Source: Endomicrobiia bacterium (GTDB lineage: Bacteria; Elusimicrobiota; Endomicrobiia; DTEH01). Taken from it: DNA of 10,140 nt. Shown in pieces: positions 1-7,874 of the stretch. The notes below the pieces were generated by a model. It was given only the letters and a program-made list of their open reading frames with translations. It made no database searches and was not told the DNA's origin. The position numbers and the translations under genes were made by a program. The number at the start of each line of letters is the position of its first letter. Positions within the stretch are counted from its first letter, which is position 1. Where the stretch lies: NCBI GenBank assembly GCA_039630545.1, contig JBCNUU010000016.1:1-10140 (forward strand), written 5' to 3'.

Positions 1-76
1 AATTATTCTCTGCTTCAAACATAGAAAACTTAACATCCACCTCTTTGTTTGCTATTAATCCAAATAATCTACACAT
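1..76 (-). CDS. Class II (Ntn-hydrolase) glutamine amidotransferase-like protein, YafJ/EgtC/GATase_4-type; N-terminal 25 codons only, runs off the window
   Basis: Manual translation from ATG at 76 gives MCRLFGLIANKEVDVKFSMFEAENN, open to the edge. Met-Cys-Arg-Leu-Phe-Gly matches the N-terminal nucleophile signature of class II GATases. It starts 30 bp after the stop of the DUF262 gene on the same strand. Not in the supplied ORF track. Confidence 0.72.
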   Translation of the reverse strand, partial: MCRLFGLIANKEVDVKFSMFEAENN

Positions 77-106
77 ATAGTTAAAATTAAAAAGATTAAA
101 TTTTTT

Positions 107-1903
107 TTACAACATCTCAAAGTATTTTTTTATTTTCTGAGACATTAACTTTCGTCTTTCTTTTAAAAAGTTCTCGTAGTCATCAGACAATTTATCAAAT
201 ATTTCTAATGGGATGCAGTGTTGTTGCAAGTTTTCGTATAATTCATCAATCTCTAAAATTCCACCATATTTAGCTTTTTTACTTTCGCATTGCTCTTTTA
301 GTTCTTTAAAATAATCTTTAGGAGGTTTGTCTCCTATTGCTATGTTTATTTCAGTTTGAGCTAAAACATAATTTCCTATTTGGTTATATTGACTACGATG
401 TGGATATCCAATTTTTTTCAAGTAATTTCGTGGAAATATATGATGATAATCACCTTTTAATTTAATTAAATCTTCAATCTTTACATCCTTAGATAAGAAA
501 CCTTTATCTCCCATTTTAACCTGACTTGCCAAAAATATGTTAAATTCTGGGCTACTAGATACAGAAATATCCATCTGCTGAGGAAGTGCAACCTCCCAAT
601 ATTTATCAGATAGTTCAGCTGAAATTACATTATTTATATATTCAATTGGATTACTATCTATTCTCTTAATATCTACATCAAATTTAGACTCAGGTGAGAC
701 AGAATATCTTCCGGTAAGGCTTGAAAAAACAAACCATTTCCTTACAAAGGACTCTATACGTGACGGATGTAATTTTTTTTCTTTCAATTTTAGATATAGA
801 ATATAAGCAAAGTTCAAAGCATTCTGGGAACGCAACATTGAGTTATCAATAAAACCAGCTGAGCGAATTATCATTATGAACTTCTTAAAATTATTCTCAT
901 TCATAAAGTCCATTATTCCTTCTTTTAACTTAGCAAAAGAATCCTTGGCAATTTGTTCTTCGTATTCTTTTGTTACGAAGTTTCTGCCAGAAAGTAAAGC
1001 AACAAGATCTTTTAATCTCCCACGGTTAAACTTATATGTGAATGCAACTCTTAACATATCCGTATAAGAAGGATCATAAATATCTTCCTTATCATCTTTA
1101 AGCCAAGACATTTTCTGAAAATACTCTGTTTTAGCAAATTCTTTGTCACTATCTTTTATTTGTTGATAGAACTCAGGCTTAACAGCAAGATGACAAAAAT
1201 AATCTATAGCTTTTCTAATAAACTGACCCTCAAACTTTTCATCTACTGCTATTTTAGACATAGCAAAGTCTGCCTGAGAAAGAACTGTCCCAGATGAGTT
1301 TATCCTTATAAATATTTCTGTTACTTCATCAATATCTAATTCCGAATTTAACTCAATTAATCCTATTTGTATATTCAATATGTTTCTAAGCGAATCTATT
1401 ATGCGAAGAATTGTTTCTTTTGAAGTGTCTGGATTATCTTTGCTGTATTTTTCCAACTTTTCTAATAACTTAAACCCAGGTGAAAATATTTCAGAAATAT
1501 CAGCTATCCATTTTTTATCTTTTTGGATAAGAGGGTTTGAAACCTCAAAAATTTCTTCAATAGGATTAAATGCAATTGCAATTCTTCTTTTTTTGTAGTC
1601 ACGATCAACAATTTCTTTACCTAAGATAGAAGTCATTAACGCAGTTATTCTTTGTTGACCATCTATGAGTATTTTTTTACCTTTTGAAGTTGTCCCATCT
1701 TTTAACCTCACATTAGGATTTTGCCAAGCTACAATATAACCTACTGGATAACCTCTATAAAGCGAATCAATAAAATCTCTTACTTGAGTAGAATCCCAAA
1801 CAAAAGGTCTTTGAATTTCAGGTATTGCAATTTCACCTGTTTGTATCCATGAAAGTATATGTTGTATTGAATAATGATTAATAGAAAATTTTTGAACAAC
1901 CAT
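107..1903 (-). CDS. gmrSD: GmrSD-family (DUF262 + C-terminal HNH/DUF1524-like) putative modification-dependent Type IV restriction endonuclease, single chain
   Basis: 598 aa. DUF262 motifs IPEIQRPFVW, LIDGQQR and IFIRINSSG. The C-terminal DYHHIFP...NQIGNYVL...EIN resembles the HNH-like GmrD motif. SD-like AAGGGGG lies 10 nt upstream of the ATG. Confidence 0.85.
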   Translation of the reverse strand: MVVQKFSINHYSIQHILSWIQTGEIAIPEIQRPFVWDSTQVRDFIDSLYRGYPVGYIVAWQNPNVRLKDGTTSKGKKILIDGQQRITALMTSILGKEIVDRDYKKRRIAIAFNPIEEIFEVSNPLIQKDKKWIADISEIFSPGFKLLEKLEKYSKDNPDTSKETILRIIDSLRNILNIQIGLIELNSELDIDEVTEIFIRINSSGTVLSQADFAMSKIAVDEKFEGQFIRKAIDYFCHLAVKPEFYQQIKDSDKEFAKTEYFQKMSWLKDDKEDIYDPSYTDMLRVAFTYKFNRGRLKDLVALLSGRNFVTKEYEEQIAKDSFAKLKEGIMDFMNENNFKKFIMIIRSAGFIDNSMLRSQNALNFAYILYLKLKEKKLHPSRIESFVRKWFVFSSLTGRYSVSPESKFDVDIKRIDSNPIEYINNVISAELSDKYWEVALPQQMDISVSSSPEFNIFLASQVKMGDKGFLSKDVKIEDLIKLKGDYHHIFPRNYLKKIGYPHRSQYNQIGNYVLAQTEINIAIGDKPPKDYFKELKEQCESKKAKYGGILEIDELYENLQQHCIPLEIFDKLSDDYENFLKERRKLMSQKIKKYFEML

Positions 1904-1913
1904 TATTGAATAA

Positions 1914-1920
1914 CCCCCTT
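1914..1920 (-). promoter_or_regulatory. Ribosome-binding site of the DUF262 gene
   Basis: Minus strand reads AAGGGGG-ttattcaata-ATG(1903). Confidence 0.55.
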
Positions 1921-1932
1921 TGTTATGTAAAA

Positions 1933-1960
1933 ACTTTGTTGACTTTCAAATTAACAAAGT
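1933..1960. repeat. Inverted repeat ACTTTGTT-N12-AACAAAGT upstream of the DUF262 gene
   Basis: Perfect 8-bp arms at 1933-1940 and 1953-1960, followed on the minus strand by a short T run. A third copy of the core CTTTGTT at 1918-1924 overlaps the RBS. Confidence 0.4.
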
Positions 1961-2166
1961 ATTTTCTCCTTATATTCGTGTCCTATTTATTCTTAAAAGT
2001 TTTAAGTACTAAATATTTTTTGTCTGTTTTCTATCAATTAACTACAACGGTTTAATCTCAGTTACATCACCAAAACTAAACATAACAAAAACTATGTATT
2101 AAAATTTCGCCAACTATAAACTAACAAACTTTATATAAAACATCAGATGTTTCTCAAAACCAAATT

Positions 2167-2972
2167 TTATACCTCAAGTTTTTTCTTAGCTGGAATAAGT
2201 CCTTACAAAAATTCTTCGGCTGGAACACATAAGATGTGCCCCTTTTTAATTTTTTCTTTACCGCAATAAACTAAATATGTTTCACATAGAGGATAATCTT
2301 CTTTAAAAGAAATCAACCCACGCAGGTCCTCTGGAAAAATTTTTGTTTTGTTTTTTACCTCTATAGCCCAGAAAACTTCCTCACCATACAAAATAAAGTC
2401 AACTCCATTACCAGCCCGGGTGCGCCAGTAGTAAAGATTATTCTTTTCTCCTCTATAAGAACACCACGCTTTTAGATGCTGAGCTACCAGCCCCTCAAGA
2501 GAAGCACTTTCAATGTCTCTGTATGTATCCAGAGGTCCTTTTGGCCTCAAAGTTCTAAAAACTCCAGCATCAAAGAAATAAAACTTAGGATGAGCCACTA
2601 CTTTCCGTTTTGTCTTCTTTGTAAAAACAGGAACACGAAAAGATAACATTAAATCTCCAAGGATGAATCTGTAAGGATAAAGTATTTTTTTACTCTATTT
2701 TCTATAAGCAAATGCACAACATCTAAAAGTGCAGGTATTTTTTGTATTTCATCAATAACTACAACTTTTTTTTGCGGATAAGCATCTATGAGTTCTTTTA
2801 GCCGTTCTGGATATGCTGAATAAACCCTGAAATTTTCCGGATCAAGCAGGTCCAACCAGATTGCCTCAGGATAGGTTTGTTTTAAGAAAGTGGTTTTACC
2901 TGTTCCTCTTGGACCCAAAAGAAAAAAACTTTGAATTGGTGGTTTAAAAACTCTTGGAATTAATGTTTCCAT
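2167..2972 (-). pseudogene. Disrupted AAA_14 + DUF4143 ATPase-nuclease gene (two fragments: ORFs 2649-2972 and 2203-2649)
   Basis: The 5' fragment METLIPRVF... has Walker A GPRGTGKTT, Walker B VVIDEIQK and FILTDSS (family motif LTGSS), then stops. The 3' fragment, in another frame, reads ILGDLMLSF...HPKFYFFDAG...LEGLV...YYWRTRAGNGVDF...AIEVK, a DUF4143/PD-(D/E)xK tail. The central region (Arg-finger segment, GGxP motif, wHTH) is absent. Beyond the TAA at 2203-2205 the frame continues GLIPAKKKLEV to a TAA at 2167-2169. Confidence 0.82.
2652..2679. repeat. Imperfect 14-bp tandem repeat at the pseudogene deletion/frameshift junction
   Basis: AATCTccAAGGATg (2652-2665) followed by AATCTgtAAGGATa (2666-2679), 11/14 identical. 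Confidence 0.6.
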
Positions 2973-2981
2973 ATTTGGTCC

Positions 2982-3008
2982 AAAAATGGAATTTGTTTTT
3001 CCATTTTT
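2982..3008. promoter_or_regulatory. Perfect 10-7-10 palindrome, candidate operator
   Basis: AAAAATGGAA (2982-2991), 7-nt spacer, TTCCATTTTT (2999-3008). It overlaps the predicted -10 and start-site region and ends 9 nt before the ATG at 2972. Confidence 0.5.
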
Positions 3009-3032
3009 ACAATGTTGTTTTTTAGCTGTCAA
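3004..3032 (-). promoter_or_regulatory. Putative sigma70 promoter of the AAA/DUF4143 pseudogene
   Basis: TTGACA (3032-3027), 17-bp spacer, TAAAAA (3009-3004; 4/6 match to consensus). The TTG start used by the ORF track is this -35 box. Confidence 0.5.
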
Positions 3033-3150
3033 TAGTTAAAAAAATTATTAAATCTATATCTTTATCATCTATATTAGAAACCTGAGTTTTCTTTAGCAGA
3101 GCAGAATATAACCTAAACAATGATAGTTAATTCTAACATTTTTATAAACC

Positions 3151-4605
3151 TTATATTAACATCCCATAGATAAGTGGTATTTTTACTATAGAATTATCAA
3201 CTAATTCTAATTTTTGACTGCCAATAATAATACTGTAATTTGGTTTAACTTTTTTTGAAGTAAATTTTATCTGGTTAAGAGCCTCTTTATTAAAACCAAC
3301 TTCTACAACTATTTTCCTTCCATCGCTAAACTTCAAAATAAAATCAGCACCACCTTCAGAAGAATCATAAAAAATTTGTGGATTGTTAAGTGAAGCTATG
3401 CTTTTAGCATATAACAGTGCAATGTAATCCTCCAACAATTTGCCTCTAATTTCGTTTGGGACAGCACCTCTTAGAAGACAATATCTGATTGAGGGAGATA
3501 AGAATAAACATTTTAATGGTTTTCTTGCTTGAGAATATGCTTTCCCGAATGATGGTATCTTTATAATTACTTCTGATTTTGCTAAAACTTCTAATACACG
3601 TCGTAGTGTATCAATATGTATTGATAGAGTTTTACTAATATTGGTCAGATTAACCTGATCTGAATTGCTTATTAATAATAAAATATTTGGTATTTTTGTT
3701 ATTGTTTCAACATCAAATCTTTTAAGTTCAAGAATATCTTTCTCAATGACTTTATCAATAATTGTCATTACTTTTTCAATTGCTAAAGTTTTGTTTTCAA
3801 TGTAGAGATTAAATGGAAAAGAACCTATTTCAAAATACCTGTTTATAACAATTTCTTGTTTTTCAGGTAAATTACTCCAAAATTGTAAAATCTCAGATTC
3901 TTGTTGTTTAAGATAGGAAAATACCTCTTCGGCATTTGAAGAAAAAAATATTTGTTCAGACAATTCTTGTTTTAGTCCTTTAATTGGATATTTTTGATAT
4001 TTAAGTATTAAATATTCTAAAAAGTTTAATGGATATAATTTCTCAACTATTGACCTTCTTGCCAAATCAGAAGTTGTTTGAAGCAATACTGCTGAAGAAC
4101 CTGTGGCAATAATAAGTATATTTTTATGTGATTTTGTTCTGTCATAGAGTGTTTTCAGAAATAAAACCCAATTTTTATCATAATGTACCTCATCTATTAG
4201 GATAAGAGTTTTTTTATTTAAATTTTCAAAAGAAGAACCTATATACTGTTCATAAAAATTAAAAAAATCCTTCAATGTTAAGTTATTTAAAACTAAATTA
4301 TCTGCTGTAATATAAACTTTATTTATAATTTGATCAAACAACCTAAATTCATCAATTTTATTTAAGTATTTATTCAGAAAATAAATTTGTGCTAAAAGTG
4401 TTGTTTTACCAACACCTCTTATACCAGGAAGAAGAATAATTTTTTCTTGAAATTCATTTTTTAACCACTTTAAAATGTATGATTTTAATTTAACAAATAT
4501 GAATCGATTAGGATTTAGATGCTTTTGTTCATCGTAAATATATCCTTCTAAGTTTTGGCTTAAACTATTTTGCCAGTTAATAAAATATTCTTTTATGTCT
4601 TTCAT
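3151..4605 (-). CDS. AAA_14-family ATPase with wHTH and DUF4143-like C-terminal restriction-endonuclease-fold domain
   Basis: Walker A PGIRGVGKTT, Walker B ILIDEVH, IATGSS, LARRS...LYPLNFLEY, YFEIGSFP, an HTH-like segment NLTNISKTLSIHIDTLRRVLEVL, and C-terminal GGADFIL...IVVEVG. ATG at 4605 (484 aa) is preferred over TTG at 4623, which lies only 11 nt downstream of the -10 box. Confidence 0.85.
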   Translation of the reverse strand: MKDIKEYFINWQNSLSQNLEGYIYDEQKHLNPNRFIFVKLKSYILKWLKNEFQEKIILLPGIRGVGKTTLLAQIYFLNKYLNKIDEFRLFDQIINKVYITADNLVLNNLTLKDFFNFYEQYIGSSFENLNKKTLILIDEVHYDKNWVLFLKTLYDRTKSHKNILIIATGSSAVLLQTTSDLARRSIVEKLYPLNFLEYLILKYQKYPIKGLKQELSEQIFFSSNAEEVFSYLKQQESEILQFWSNLPEKQEIVINRYFEIGSFPFNLYIENKTLAIEKVMTIIDKVIEKDILELKRFDVETITKIPNILLLISNSDQVNLTNISKTLSIHIDTLRRVLEVLAKSEVIIKIPSFGKAYSQARKPLKCLFLSPSIRYCLLRGAVPNEIRGKLLEDYIALLYAKSIASLNNPQIFYDSSEGGADFILKFSDGRKIVVEVGFNKEALNQIKFTSKKVKPNYSIIIGSQKLELVDNSIVKIPLIYGMLI

Positions 4606-4634
4606 ATTTAGATAGTATAACAATATTATTTTCT

Positions 4635-4663
4635 ATTATAACAGATTATGAAAGAAAAGTCAA
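4635..4663 (-). promoter_or_regulatory. Near-consensus sigma70 promoter with extended -10
   Basis: TTGACT (4663-4658), 17-bp spacer ending in TGT, then TATAAT (4640-4635), giving TGnTATAAT. Confidence 0.75.
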
Positions 4664-4821
4664 CATATAAAAATCTAAGTAAAATCAAGAATTTTTTAAT
4701 AATTTCTTTTTGGGCATTTGTTGGTTTTAACACTTTTTGCTTTGTCTAATCTGTTTTTTACGAGTTCTGCGACTGAGCAGTAAACTTCTTTGCGTTTTTT
4801 CTTAGTCTACATCAAAAATGT

Positions 4822-7800
4822 TTAATTATTAATTAATTTTTCAATTAAAATTTTTGGCGAATCTTTATCTTCTAAAAATAAAATATGGTTTTTCTTAAAT
4901 AACTCCTCCTTAGATGGAGGATTGCTTATACCTTTTATAAGGTCTTGATATTTTGTTTTTGACACTATAAAGGATTCAAGAGAGATGTTTTTATTGTTTT
5001 GTTTTAGTCTTTGTTTAAGTTTTTGTTCAAGTTTTTTTATATCATCTTTAAGTTTTATCTTTTCATCATTTAACCCTTTAGAGTGTTCTAAACCTTTTGG
5101 ATCTATAAAAACTATTTTCTGATGGCTTTTTTTCTTTATCCACATTATAAAGTCAGGGTAAAACCCCCATAATGAAAAATAAAATCCTACTCCACTTTTT
5201 GGAAAATTTTTTAAAAGAAATATCTCAGAATTTTTAAGAATGGTATTGTTGTTTTTTAAGTATTCTCTTAGTCCAACAATAAATTTTTCTTCACTTTCTA
5301 CTAGTCCTTCGGGAGTAATTTTTTCTATTCTTTTATCTTTTAACAAAATAGGTAAGAATAAATGTCTGTCAAAATAAACCCGTGGGAGTGTTTTGTCTTC
5401 TTTTTCTATTAGTTTATTTACATCGTTAATCAACTTTTCAATATCTTTTATTAAACTTTTATTTTTCTTATCAATATAAATCGTATAACTATTTTTTCCT
5501 TTAGAAGTTTCAAATACAAATAGGGATGTTTGTTCTAAACTTTTGTATTCCATAGTTTGAGTTTCAAATATTCGCCTATGTTTGTTATAAAACCTATCAA
5601 TGTATTTTTTGATTACCATAATTGCTATTTCTTGCAACTTTTCAACATCTTGATGTGTTTTTATACTAAGATCTCCTTTTAAGCTTAAAATTTTATATCT
5701 GTCAGATAAAAGTAAATTTTTTAAACTTTCAGTATTAAACACAAGATTCCAATATCCTCTGGAAAGTTTAAACTGTAAAATTTCTTTTAGTATATAATCC
5801 CATCTAAACAAGGCAAAAACATTCTGTGGTATATTATTTTCTTCAAAGTTAATTTCTAATTGTTGTATTTGAACTTCTTCTCTTTCTGTTTGGGATGTGT
5901 AAATTGAGACTTTCGGGGTGAGGTCTATATCTACATATATGTCTTTGTCTATTTCAAGCTTTAACATTTCTTCGTCTTCAAATTTTCTTCTGTCATCTTT
6001 TGAAATCACAACCAAATTTTTCCATTCATTTTGATGTTGCTTACTTACTGGTACTTCTATCGGCTCAAAATCAATCTCTTCTTTGCTTATTGCCTCTAAA
6101 AATTTATTCAAATAATCAGCTTTTATACTATAAATGTTTAGTGTTTCAATTAAACTTATAATGTTTTTATCTCCACTCCTTTTAAGAGACATATTTTGTC
6201 CTTTAAGTCGCACTCCTCTACCAAATAGTTGAATAATCTGTGGTCCTTGTCCTTTGCCTATATTCAACAAACCCATACAAGAAACTCGCCAGGTATCCCA
6301 CCCTTCTATGAATTTTTTTGAACCAATAAGAATATTTATAGTGGAATTTTCAGCTTTAATGCTATCAAAAAGTGATGAAGAAATACTGTCCTGTTTTACA
6401 TAAATATCTTTTTTTTCTAAATGTTTTTTAAACTCGTTTGTATTTCCAATATTTACTACTCCAAAATATTCGTTTTCTGCTGTTTTTAATCCAAATTCAC
6501 CTTCTGCATTTTTTAGTTCATATAAATTTAGTTCTCCACTGCCATTAAAAATATGTTGGTATATATCATCTACATTTACTCCTACTTTTCTTAAATAACT
6601 AAATTTATTTTCAAAAGCATCCTGACCTGTTTCATTTTTTAATCCTGATTTTCCATTCAAAATTTTTGTTATTTCGTTTTTTAACCATTTCTTGTCTGAT
6701 ATGACTTTTTTTATAAAATCTAAAATTAAAACAACATCCGATTCTTCTCCTTTGCCACTAACAGTTGTACCAACAAAAATCCATAAAGGTTTTTCTATAT
6801 TGTATTGTTTAGCTAAGCTGTAGTTGTTTTTATATACTAAAAGTTGCTCATAAAAAGACAAAAGGTTAGCTACAAATATAGTTAAAGAAAAATCCTTAGT
6901 TTTATCTTCTTTAACATTTAAAACACTAAAATCTTTGCCATATCCATCAAGGTAAAAGTATTTATAGGAATAGTCAAAAATAATTGATTTAGAATATTCT
7001 TCAAGTATCTCAGATTGTTTCTCTGAAAGAATCTGTGCAAATGTAGCACTGTATTCAAAACAAAACCCATCTTTAGAAAGTTTATTTCTTAGCTTTGCCC
7101 ATTTTTGCTCTTCTGATTTTTTCCCTTTGTGTCCTTCATCTACAAAAACTAAATTTTTACCTTCAAAAACCTCCACAGGTAAAGTTACTCCACCACCTTT
7201 TTTGTACTCTACAAATTTAGTTATTTCTATTATTAAAACTTCGTTATTAAATTTTATGCCACTGTTTACACTATCTATGTATAACCTACAAGGAATACCG
7301 CTTTTTTGCATCTCTTCGTAGTGTTGTTTTGAAAGGCCATCGTTAGGAGTAATTAAAATTATATTTTCTGGAGTAAATAAGTTGTAGTTTAAAAATTGAT
7401 GGTAGTTAATGTGCATAATAAGAGTTTTACCCGAACCGGTCGCCATCCAGAAAGCAAGTTTTTGTAAATCTTTTTCAGTAAACTCATTTATGTCTAATTT
7501 ATACTCATTTTTATACTTATCAAGAAAATTATTAAGATTGTAGAGAAACTCCTGTTTTTTGTTTCTTAAATTGTCTAAAAATATTTCAGTAAAAAGCACA
7601 GCTAAATACTGAAAGTATTTCAACTTTACAGAATCTCGCTTAAAATTTATTTTTTTAACATACGATTGGATGTTTCTGTCATATTGAAGTAATAAGTTCT
7701 CTGGAATCTTTAAATTATCAAGAGATCTTAATACATTACAAAAATAACTTACACTATCAGAGTCCTCTCCTACTTGAACATCTTTTAGTTTTTCTTGGAG

Positions 7801-7872
7801 TTCTTTAAATTCACTTACACCAAATAATGAAAGTAAGTATTTATTTAAGACAAGATATTTTTCTATCTCCAT
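4822..7872 (-). CDS. res: Type III restriction enzyme Res subunit (SF2 helicase-like ATPase + PD-(D/E)xK nuclease)
   Basis: 1016 aa. WMATGSGKT (motif I), FVDEGH (II), YSAT (III), FIEGWD (V), QLFGRGVR (VI) and a C-terminal FYPDF...FIDPKG nuclease motif. Starts 2 nt after the mod stop. Confidence 0.92.
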   Translation of the reverse strand: MEIEKYLVLNKYLLSLFGVSEFKELQEKLKDVQVGEDSDSVSYFCNVLRSLDNLKIPENLLLQYDRNIQSYVKKINFKRDSVKLKYFQYLAVLFTEIFLDNLRNKKQEFLYNLNNFLDKYKNEYKLDINEFTEKDLQKLAFWMATGSGKTLIMHINYHQFLNYNLFTPENIILITPNDGLSKQHYEEMQKSGIPCRLYIDSVNSGIKFNNEVLIIEITKFVEYKKGGGVTLPVEVFEGKNLVFVDEGHKGKKSEEQKWAKLRNKLSKDGFCFEYSATFAQILSEKQSEILEEYSKSIIFDYSYKYFYLDGYGKDFSVLNVKEDKTKDFSLTIFVANLLSFYEQLLVYKNNYSLAKQYNIEKPLWIFVGTTVSGKGEESDVVLILDFIKKVISDKKWLKNEITKILNGKSGLKNETGQDAFENKFSYLRKVGVNVDDIYQHIFNGSGELNLYELKNAEGEFGLKTAENEYFGVVNIGNTNEFKKHLEKKDIYVKQDSISSSLFDSIKAENSTINILIGSKKFIEGWDTWRVSCMGLLNIGKGQGPQIIQLFGRGVRLKGQNMSLKRSGDKNIISLIETLNIYSIKADYLNKFLEAISKEEIDFEPIEVPVSKQHQNEWKNLVVISKDDRRKFEDEEMLKLEIDKDIYVDIDLTPKVSIYTSQTEREEVQIQQLEINFEENNIPQNVFALFRWDYILKEILQFKLSRGYWNLVFNTESLKNLLLSDRYKILSLKGDLSIKTHQDVEKLQEIAIMVIKKYIDRFYNKHRRIFETQTMEYKSLEQTSLFVFETSKGKNSYTIYIDKKNKSLIKDIEKLINDVNKLIEKEDKTLPRVYFDRHLFLPILLKDKRIEKITPEGLVESEEKFIVGLREYLKNNNTILKNSEIFLLKNFPKSGVGFYFSLWGFYPDFIMWIKKKSHQKIVFIDPKGLEHSKGLNDEKIKLKDDIKKLEQKLKQRLKQNNKNISLESFIVSKTKYQDLIKGISNPPSKEELFKKNHILFLEDKDSPKILIEKLINN
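4999..5034. repeat. Three imperfect in-frame 12-bp tandem units in the res 3' end (KLEQ-KLKQ-RLKQ)
   Basis: ttgttttagtct / ttgtttaagttt / ttgttcaagttt on the + strand. Confidence 0.45.
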
Positions 7873-7874
7873 AG

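Noticed and set aside
876..1598. Plus-strand ORFs 876-1067 and 1380-1598
   Set aside because: Short antisense shadows inside the gmrSD-like gene, with no recognisable motifs.
2030..2120. attC-like ends on the minus strand (CCGTTGTAGTTAAT; GTTGGCGAAAT)
   Set aside because: No complementary partner arm or extended hairpin, no repetition between genes and no integrase in the window.
2973..3032. N-terminal extension MTAKKQHCKNG... from TTG at 3032
   Set aside because: The TTG is part of a TTGACA -35 box; family-like sequence begins at ATG 2972.
2171..3097. Similar sequences acctcaagttttttcttagc (2171-2190) and acctgagttttctttagc (3080-3097) as direct repeats flanking the pseudogene
   Set aside because: The match is gapped and low complexity, and one copy lies inside the former coding tail, so it is not a credible target-site duplication.
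3030..3150. Possible nucleotidyltransferase remnant (minus-strand VIFCSAK and KDIDLIIF in different frames)
   Set aside because: Very short, needs a frameshift and stop read-through, and cannot be told from chance without a search.
4664..4815. Possible transposase remnant (KVLKPTNAQKEIIKKF) and a CTGC-N6-GCAG hairpin as res terminator
   Set aside because: No start codon, terminal repeats or catalytic motif. The hairpin is bulged and lacks a U tract on the coding strand.
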